Below, piece by piece: positions 57,634 to 64,000 of a stretch of DNA of 64,000 bases (position 1 is the first letter of the stretch; each line of letters opens with the position of its first letter). Location: the IMG/VR virus record IMGVR_UViG_3300030098_005649, one strand, 5' to 3'. The position numbers were made by a program, and so were the translations under genes. Source of the DNA: a virus. Taxonomy: Duplodnaviria > Caudoviricetes. The notes below the pieces were generated by a model. That model did not search any database, had not been told where the DNA came from, and saw only the letters and a list, made by a program, of their open reading frames with translations.

Positions 57634-58839
57634 ATGAAAGAAAATCTTACATTTGACGATATAAATATCGTACCAAAATATTCAGAGTTGAAATCGCGAC
57701 AAGATGTAGACCTAAATACAAACTTTACAAAGAAAACAACTCTACATAGAACACCAATAGTTGCAGCACCAATGGATACTATTTGTGAATATAAAATGGC
57801 AGACCAATTATTAGACCAAGGTAGTGTTGGTGTTTTACATAGATTTCGTAGTATTGAAAAACAAGCATTGGATATGAAGAGACTTTGGAATCGATGGGAT
57901 AGTTGGTACAATATAGGTGATCCTGATGAAGATAGAACAGACCATCATAGAATCTTTGATGAATGGTATAAAGGTGTATATCATTGGAACTCACCACCCA
58001 CCAAATCCGATTACGAGGATTTACACGAATTACTTTGGTTTGCAGATGAGGCTCAAAGAGATGAAGACTTTTGGTCTACGAGACCTTTATGTGCAGCAGT
58101 TGGTGTAACTGGTGACTATATGGAGAGAGCTCAAGAATTAGTAAACAATGGTTGTAATGTACTACTTATAGATGTGGCCCACGGTCATCATCAATTAGTC
58201 AAAGAAGCCATTAGGAGAATAAAAAATGAAACAAATGTGGAAGTGGTCGCGGGAAGTATCGCCACTAAAAGAGCCGCGGTTGATCTTATTGAGTGGGGAG
58301 CGGACGCTCTTAGAGTTGGTATCGGAAATGGATCTCTCTGCGAGACGAGAATCAGGACTGGTGTCGGAGTACCTCAAGTTAGTGCTCTTATTGATGTTTG
58401 TTCCGTTGCTGACAATCATAGTATTCCTGTCATCGCTGATGGTGGTATTCGGTATGTGGGTGATGTGGCTAAGTCATTGGGTCTTGGAGCCTCTTCGGTT
58501 ATGGTGGGTTCGTTATTCTCAGGAACGAAAGAAACACCAGGTGAAATTATAAAACAAGGAGAATGGCCAAATGAAAGACTTTACAAGAAATATAGAGGAA
58601 GTGCCTCACTTGATAGTAAGTTGGACAGAGGAGAATCTAATAATGTTGAAGGAAACTCTAAAATCATTGAATACAAAGGTAAGGTCATCCGTATCATATC
58701 TGATATTCGTGATGGTCTTCGCTCAGCTTTTTCATATGTTGGCGCGAGTGATGTATTGGATTTTCAATCGAAATGTGAATTCGTCAGAGTCACATCAAAC
58801 GGAACAATCGAAGCAAAACCACACTTATTATCGAGATGA
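57634..58839 (+). CDS. IMPDH/GMP reductase family enzyme without CBS domains (likely GMP reductase)
   Basis: [23 protein letters not shown] catalytic Cys, IADGGI, KYRGSAS; no Arg-Tyr flap dyad. Confidence 0.9.
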   Translation: MKENLTFDDINIVPKYSELKSRQDVDLNTNFTKKTTLHRTPIVAAPMDTICEYKMADQLLDQGSVGVLHRFRSIEKQALDMKRLWNRWDSWYNIGDPDEDRTDHHRIFDEWYKGVYHWNSPPTKSDYEDLHELLWFADEAQRDEDFWSTRPLCAAVGVTGDYMERAQELVNNGCNVLLIDVAHGHHQLVKEAIRRIKNETNVEVVAGSIATKRAAVDLIEWGADALRVGIGNGSLCETRIRTGVGVPQVSALIDVCSVADNHSIPVIADGGIRYVGDVAKSLGLGASSVMVGSLFSGTKETPGEIIKQGEWPNERLYKKYRGSASLDSKLDRGESNNVEGNSKIIEYKGKVIRIISDIRDGLRSAFSYVGASDVLDFQSKCEFVRVTSNGTIEAKPHLLSR

Positions 58840-59216
58840 AAGAGATACTGATAAAATCACTTTCATCTAACAAATTAGTTTGGTCTATACTATTTCAATG
58901 TCTTGGTGCGATATGTGCATTCTTTCAATTACAGGCACATTATGTTTGGCCTAAATATAAATTTTTATCAAGTCAGATATTTGTAATTGGTACAAGTCTG
59001 ATTATAGCACCATTGTTTTGGTATGCTACAAAATGGTCGTTTGAACATTTTGGATTTTTTTGGAATATGAGATTGATAGGTTTTGGTATAGGTACTTTGA
59101 TATTTGGTATTATGACTTGGACATTGATTGGTGAAATACCTACACTAAAAACAATAGTAAGTTTATTATTAGCAGTAGCTATTATTTTGATTCAAATAAC
59201 AAATGTAGTGGAGTAA
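58836..59216 (+). CDS. four-TM membrane protein
   Basis: Hydrophobic helices; ATGA overlap. Confidence 0.65.
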   Translation: MKEILIKSLSSNKLVWSILFQCLGAICAFFQLQAHYVWPKYKFLSSQIFVIGTSLIIAPLFWYATKWSFEHFGFFWNMRLIGFGIGTLIFGIMTWTLIGEIPTLKTIVSLLLAVAIILIQITNVVE

Positions 59217-59217
59217 A

Positions 59218-59730
59218 ATGAGTTATAAAGATTACATAAAAGAAGTAAAAGACTTCCCTATTGAGGGAGTAAATTTCAAAGACATATCACCATTGTTGGC
59301 AGACGAAGACACATTTAGGTCATCACTTGTTGATATGGGTAAACAAGTTAGGTTACCTAATTATTGGATGGGTATTGATTCTCGTGGATATTTGTTTGCT
59401 TCAGGTTTAGCAACTTACTTTGGTGGTGGTGTGGTATGTGCAAGAAAAGAAGGAAAGACACCAGGTGACTTTGTAAAGAAAACATACGATTTAGAATATG
59501 GAAGTGCCACAATAGAAATACAACCTTGGAGTGGCCCAATAGGTATGAATGAAGTTGTAATTGTTGATGATGTATTGGCAACTGGTGGAACACTAAAGGC
59601 AGTAAATGAGTTGGCAGAAACTGCTGGATATAATGTGGTTGGTAATTTAGTTTTAGTTGATTTACAATTTGTACCACGAGTAGAAAATTTTGATTTATCA
59701 GTTAGGAGTGTTGTAAAATATAAGGGGTAA
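59218..59730 (+). CDS. apt: adenine phosphoribosyltransferase
   Basis: DFPIEGVNFKDISPLL, GIDSRG, ARKEGK, YDLEYG, VIVDDVLATGGT. Confidence 0.95.
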   Translation: MSYKDYIKEVKDFPIEGVNFKDISPLLADEDTFRSSLVDMGKQVRLPNYWMGIDSRGYLFASGLATYFGGGVVCARKEGKTPGDFVKKTYDLEYGSATIEIQPWSGPIGMNEVVIVDDVLATGGTLKAVNELAETAGYNVVGNLVLVDLQFVPRVENFDLSVRSVVKYKG

Positions 59731-59732
59731 TA

Positions 59733-59936
59733 ATGGCAAACATTAGTAAAGGTCGTGATGCAAAACACGGATTTGAAGAACACAATATATTACAAAAAGA
59801 AAAAATGGACAAAAAAAGATATAAAGAGGCTGGTAAAGGAGACAAGTGGAGAGGTGGTTGGAATCAAACATATGCCGACAATTGGGATAAAATTTTTGGT
59901 AAAAAGAAAACTAAAGAGGAAAATGAAAATGAGTAA
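59733..59936 (+). CDS. small basic hypothetical protein
   Basis: GKGDKWR..YADNWDKIF. Confidence 0.6.
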   Translation: MANISKGRDAKHGFEEHNILQKEKMDKKRYKEAGKGDKWRGGWNQTYADNWDKIFGKKKTKEENENE

Positions 59937-60115
59937 TTTAGAAAGTTGGGGTGCATTTTTAGCACTTATGTTTTTAGTTTGGTCTACTGATATAGTAGAT
60001 TGGTTAGCAGATAAAATAGAAGAGAGGTTCAAGAAATGATAGAAGTACCATTTTATATATTGTTTTGTCTTGTATTCTATAATCTAACAAAGGAATTAGA
60101 GAGAGATATTTTCAA

Positions 60116-60709
60116 ATGAACATACTATTAGTTTCTGCATTAGAGATGGAGACAGACAATAAATTAGATAGTTATTTACCACATAATCTGATACATACAG
60201 GAGTTGGTAAAATAAATGCAACATACCATCTAACAAGAAGATTGTTGGTGGACAGAGCAATAAATTATGAAGCCAGAATAAATATTGTTATAAATTATGG
60301 AACTGCTGGTTCGAGAAAATATGTAAAAGGTAGTCTTGTAGATTGTACCAAATTTATACAACGAGATATGAATGTAACTCCACTTGGATTTGAATTGGGT
60401 CAAACTCCATTTGAAGAAGAACCACATATTATTGAATGTTACCACAATGAGGATTTCAATCCAATAGGTCAAAATACAACTTGTGGTAGTGGTGATAATT
60501 TTTCTATAGATGAAAGTGATTGGGACAAATGGGATGTTGTTGATATGGAGGCATATTCTTTGGCAAAGGTATGTCGTAATTTTGAAGTACCATTTATCTC
60601 ATTCAAATATATTACTGATGGAGCAGATGATGAGGCGGATTCTGATTGGGAAACAAATGTAAAGAATGGTGTGGAGATATTCAAAGAAGAAATCTTAGGA
60701 GAGTTATAA
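60116..60709 (+). CDS. MTA/SAH nucleosidase-like (PNP_UDP_1 family)
   Basis: TGVGKINA, NYGTAGS, SGDNF, VDMEAYS, FKYITDGAD. Confidence 0.88.
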   Translation: MNILLVSALEMETDNKLDSYLPHNLIHTGVGKINATYHLTRRLLVDRAINYEARINIVINYGTAGSRKYVKGSLVDCTKFIQRDMNVTPLGFELGQTPFEEEPHIIECYHNEDFNPIGQNTTCGSGDNFSIDESDWDKWDVVDMEAYSLAKVCRNFEVPFISFKYITDGADDEADSDWETNVKNGVEIFKEEILGEL

Positions 60710-61138
60710 TGAAATTACCAATACATATAGTAGAAAGAATGGTAAAAGAAAATCCAGATGATAAAGAGTTGGGTCGTAAAGTACGATATTACATAAATTG
60801 GCTAAGGAATGTCGAGAGTAATGGAAACTCAAAATAAAAAAGTATTACTAAATATATTTGTATGGTTGATATTTCTTCCTGGTTTTTCTATTTTATCTTG
60901 GTATGGACTAATTAAATTCGTACTTTTCTTGTTTTCTTAGATAGTTACTATAATAAAACGAGGATAATTATGACACCAAGTCAAGTAGAATTAGTAATTG
61001 AAGAATTACAACAGGCATATGATGATAAAGATTGGGATGCCGTTATTCGTGTATTAGAAATGATACAACAATTTGAAGAGGATGATGGAAATTCTTATTG
61101 GATAAATGAGGATGGTCATCCCGAAATAGATTAGATAT

Positions 61139-61541
61139 GGGGGTGCTTGGTATCGACTGGTATTGTTTGATATAAAGTGCAACAGAGATTGAGTATGTCT
61201 CGTTACAAAAGACTCACAATCCAAATTGGCGAATTATCGCTAGAAGGGTTGGACATTGATTGGCATTTGGCTGAGTATGATTACTCAGTTGAGTTACCAA
61301 TCGGTAATGACCAACCAACTTACGCATACGCTGCATAAGTTACTGAGTTGTCTAACACTCGGTCATAAAATAAGTTAGACACCAACTCGTGTGATAGAGT
61401 ATAAATTTCATCAGTTAGACCATTCTGAGTAAAATGGGATATGGTGGTTTGTTGATTTCTACCGATTTGAAATCTTACTAAGTTGTGAATGACTTTGTAT
61501 TGAAAATAAACAGGACGCGGGTTCGACTCCCGCCACCTCCA
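61139..61541 (+). ncRNA. ssrA: tmRNA (transfer-messenger RNA)
   Basis: GGGGGTG/CACCTCC-A acceptor with G3:U70; GGTATCGAC 5' motif; GCGGG-TTCGACT-CCCGC T-arm; pk1 at ~61186-61216; tag frame 61228-61338 ending YAYAA*. Confidence 0.96.
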
Positions 61542-61603
61542 CAAAAATTCGATTTTTAGTTTTTTAGATGATATTTATAACTAATAACGAGAGGAACGAA
61601 ACT

Positions 61604-62116
61604 ATGAGATTGAGACATAAATTTGGTTTTATGTTTTCATTCACTTTAGTAGTGAATCTTATCTTGACTAAATATTTTTTGGTCGAGATAACTGATAATT
61701 ACAAAATGACTATTGAGAAGTTGGTTGTTCATAACAGACAACTCAATGAAAAAATTGAAGAGATAGAAAGCATAGGTTTACAGGTAACTGTAACTATGTA
61801 TGAACCAGTTCCGTATCAAACTGATTCTACACCGAACATTCTCGCGGATGGTACGCGCATAAGGACTCAAAAAGCTTCAGAGTATCGGTTTATAGCGGTT
61901 AGTAGAAATCTTTTGAAACGGTGGGGTGGACCTCTCGATTATGGTGACTTTGTTATATTGAGAAATACTCAAAGCCATAAAGACGGATTGTATCAAGTAA
62001 GAGATACAATGAATCCAAGATGGGTAAATCGTATAGACATTTTGGAGACACCTGGCACGCCACCATACCGATTAGTAGGAGAAATACTCATTGCAGATAT
62101 GGAAAAGAATACATAA
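61604..62116 (+). CDS. membrane-anchored 3D-domain (MltA-like lytic transglycosylase) protein
   Basis: TM, coiled coil, VTVTMY..TD..ADG..IAVS..VRDT..RIDIL. Confidence 0.8.
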   Translation: MRLRHKFGFMFSFTLVVNLILTKYFLVEITDNYKMTIEKLVVHNRQLNEKIEEIESIGLQVTVTMYEPVPYQTDSTPNILADGTRIRTQKASEYRFIAVSRNLLKRWGGPLDYGDFVILRNTQSHKDGLYQVRDTMNPRWVNRIDILETPGTPPYRLVGEILIADMEKNT

Positions 62117-62142
62117 TAAAAAATAAATAAAATAGGTTACGA

Positions 62143-63660
62143 ATGAAAAAACCCTTTTACGAAAGGTCAAATATTACGGATGAGAACAATCCGATAAACA
62201 TCACTTATGATGAGTTATTACATAAATCAAATACTGATATAGATACTTGGATTGATGAACTCCGTGATTATGTTATCACTCAATGGGACGATAATGGCCA
62301 ACCTCCTGTCATTGGACAAGACGAAGACACAATAATAAAGAATTGGAAAAAGTTATTCGGATATGATGTAGATTCATTTTTCGATGAAGAAAATTTAGTT
62401 GTAAAAAACTTCAATAAATTTGCAAGTGGTGTAAACCAATTCTTTCCTACAATGTTGAAGACAAAGATTAGTAGTGGTGTAAGTAGTGAGGGTGCCACTT
62501 CTATATACGACCACTTCAAAGAAGATTATTTACGAGACCATTTTAGAAAAGCTATGTTGAGAGGATTGTTCAAAGACTCTATGTATAGTTTTGGTAAATC
62601 TGTTATACGAGATGAGATGGGAATGACCATCGAAGAATTTTTTGTACACTATAATAACAACGAGAAAAAAGGTATTACTATTTTACAGATGAGAGACAAG
62701 GATGAAAATAGTGATGAGAAATATCTTATACTTACGGCTGATGAATTGAAAGGTTATATAGATAGTGGACATATTGTTGAACAAAACTTACGAACAATAG
62801 ACAATGATATAGAAAGTTTCTACGAACTAAAAAACGGAGAGAAAAGATACTATCATTATTGGGTAAGGTTATACAATAGAAAACAAAGAATATTTCCAAC
62901 TGCACTACAAATATTCAGATTGGGATTAGGACAACCTGCAGTAAACTTCCCACCATTGACTGCTAAATTTTTATACGAACACTTTACAAAACACATTGAA
63001 GGTGATGAGACATTATATGTTTATGACCCATCAAGTGGTTGGGGTGGTCGTATTCTTGGAGCTATGTCATCACAACGGAACTTACATTATATTGGTACAG
63101 ACCCAAATCCTGATACAACTGGTAGATATGAAATTGTTGCAAATTACTACAACAATAAATGTTTTGAACCAAATCCATTTTGGGGAAAAGCCAAACCTAA
63201 CACATTTGAATTATTTACCGATGGTAGTGAAGAGATTGGAGACAATCCAAGTTTCCAAAAGTATGAGGGTAAGTTAGATTTTGTATTTACTTCACCACCA
63301 TACTTCAATAGGGAACAATACTCACAAGACGAAAACCAAAGTTTCAAGAAGTTCGGTGCTTACGAAGATTGGAGAGACCACTTTTTGAAACCAACATTGA
63401 CTACTGCTTTTAGTTATCTAAAAAACAACAGATACATTTGTTGGAATATTGCAGATATAAAAGTAGGTAGTGACACATACATTCCACTCGAACAAGACTC
63501 TATAGATGTAATAGAAAGTTTGGGTGGTGAATACATTGGAACATACAAGATGTTGATGACTCGTATGATTGGTATTGATGCCAGTTCTGTGAAGAACTCA
63601 GTAAAGGTTGATGACCAACATTTCAAGTTTGAACCTATTTTAGTTTTTTACAAAAAATAG
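62143..63660 (+). CDS. amino (N4-C/N6-A) DNA methyltransferase
   Basis: YDPSSGWGGR motif I; FTSPPYF motif IV. Confidence 0.85.
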   Translation: MKKPFYERSNITDENNPINITYDELLHKSNTDIDTWIDELRDYVITQWDDNGQPPVIGQDEDTIIKNWKKLFGYDVDSFFDEENLVVKNFNKFASGVNQFFPTMLKTKISSGVSSEGATSIYDHFKEDYLRDHFRKAMLRGLFKDSMYSFGKSVIRDEMGMTIEEFFVHYNNNEKKGITILQMRDKDENSDEKYLILTADELKGYIDSGHIVEQNLRTIDNDIESFYELKNGEKRYYHYWVRLYNRKQRIFPTALQIFRLGLGQPAVNFPPLTAKFLYEHFTKHIEGDETLYVYDPSSGWGGRILGAMSSQRNLHYIGTDPNPDTTGRYEIVANYYNNKCFEPNPFWGKAKPNTFELFTDGSEEIGDNPSFQKYEGKLDFVFTSPPYFNREQYSQDENQSFKKFGAYEDWRDHFLKPTLTTAFSYLKNNRYICWNIADIKVGSDTYIPLEQDSIDVIESLGGEYIGTYKMLMTRMIGIDASSVKNSVKVDDQHFKFEPILVFYKK

Positions 63661-63661
63661 C

Positions 63662-63691
63662 TTGACTTGTATGGGAATTTATTAGTAATTT
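63662..63691 (+). promoter_or_regulatory. sigma70-type early promoter
   Basis: atagcTTGACT-18-TAATTT. Confidence 0.7.
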
Positions 63692-63703
63692 ATAAGGAGA
63701 AAT

Positions 63704-64000
63704 ATGAATACATTGAAAGATTTAGAATACCTTTTGGGTACTGATATATTTTTTGACTTAGATGTTTTTATAGACGCTTACACAACACAATCAAGACTTC
63801 GTAGAGAAAAGTCAAATATAAATGATTTCTTGAACGAAATTGAAGAGGAGTTTGGTGGTGAGAAAAATCTACAGATTAAAGACTATGTTAGAAATAATAA
63901 ACTACAGATTGATATGGACTTAGTAACATCAACCGAAGTTGTGAATAATACACAAGATGTTGTTGATGGTTGGAGTAGATTCGATATGGTTCTTTCTTTT
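63704..64000 (+). CDS. hypothetical protein, 3'-truncated by window edge
   Basis: SD aaggag; frame open to end. Confidence 0.7.
   Translation, partial: MNTLKDLEYLLGTDIFFDLDVFIDAYTTQSRLRREKSNINDFLNEIEEEFGGEKNLQIKDYVRNNKLQIDMDLVTSTEVVNNTQDVVDGWSRFDMVLSF

Noticed and set aside
57874-58080. Intein in the IMPDH-family gene
   Set aside because: Too short and lacks C/S1 and HN-C/S/T splice motifs.
175-63626. All minus-strand ORFs in the track
   Set aside because: They are shadows of + strand genes, lack SDs and recognisable motifs, and are Ser/Phe/Ile-rich as expected for antisense frames of AT-rich genes.
1-64000. Stop-codon reassignment as in some jumbo phages
   Set aside because: TAA, TGA and TAG all end genes at coupled junctions, and long conserved genes are intact in code 11.
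1-64000. Eukaryotic giant virus or bacterial chromosome origin
   Set aside because: SD sites, sigma70 promoters and tmRNA argue against NCLDV. Single-strand coding, repeated early promoters, many tiny ORFans and a phage-type gene mix argue against a chromosome, although no capsid or terminase gene is in the window.

Overview
A 64-kb slice of a large, AT-rich, lytic dsDNA bacteriophage (jumbo-phage style). Essentially all real genes are on the + strand, densely packed with Shine-Dalgarno sites and ATGA/TAATG overlaps, and use the standard genetic code. The host is Gram-negative (TonB domain, pilins, LPS-type sugars); a marine host is an unverified guess. Layout: (1) 1-11.1 kb glycan cassette (RmlD, DegT, RfbH, sulfotransferase, GT2/GT8/GT4); (2) 11.1-17 kb hypotheticals, some virion-like; (3) 17-21 kb low-coding control region with a 16-copy GCTTGAC-N17/18-TATATT promoter family (two antisense copies), operator-like repeats, an ORF-less ~245-nt transcript and a secreted TonB C-terminal domain; (4) 21-29 kb dUTPase, DenV-like, RimK, Popeye-cNMP, 2OG oxygenase, tRNA-Ala/Cys, heptosyltransferase-like; (5) 29.3-32.6 kb four type IV pilins behind a sigma54-like region with no assembly machinery; (6) 32.6-43.8 kb HNH, vWA/MoxR pair, SNase, MazG, thioredoxin, Hsp20; (7) 43.8-51.2 kb a heptosyltransferase-like enzyme split across two giant ORFs; (8) 51-64 kb PhoH, peptide deformylase, purine salvage trio, a tmRNA with a 36-codon tag, 3D protein and DNA methyltransferase. 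Top leads: the pilin cassette, the long-tag tmRNA, the anti-SD-loop RNA, the TonB decoy and the split glycosyltransferase. All family calls come from motif recognition by eye; no database searches were run.
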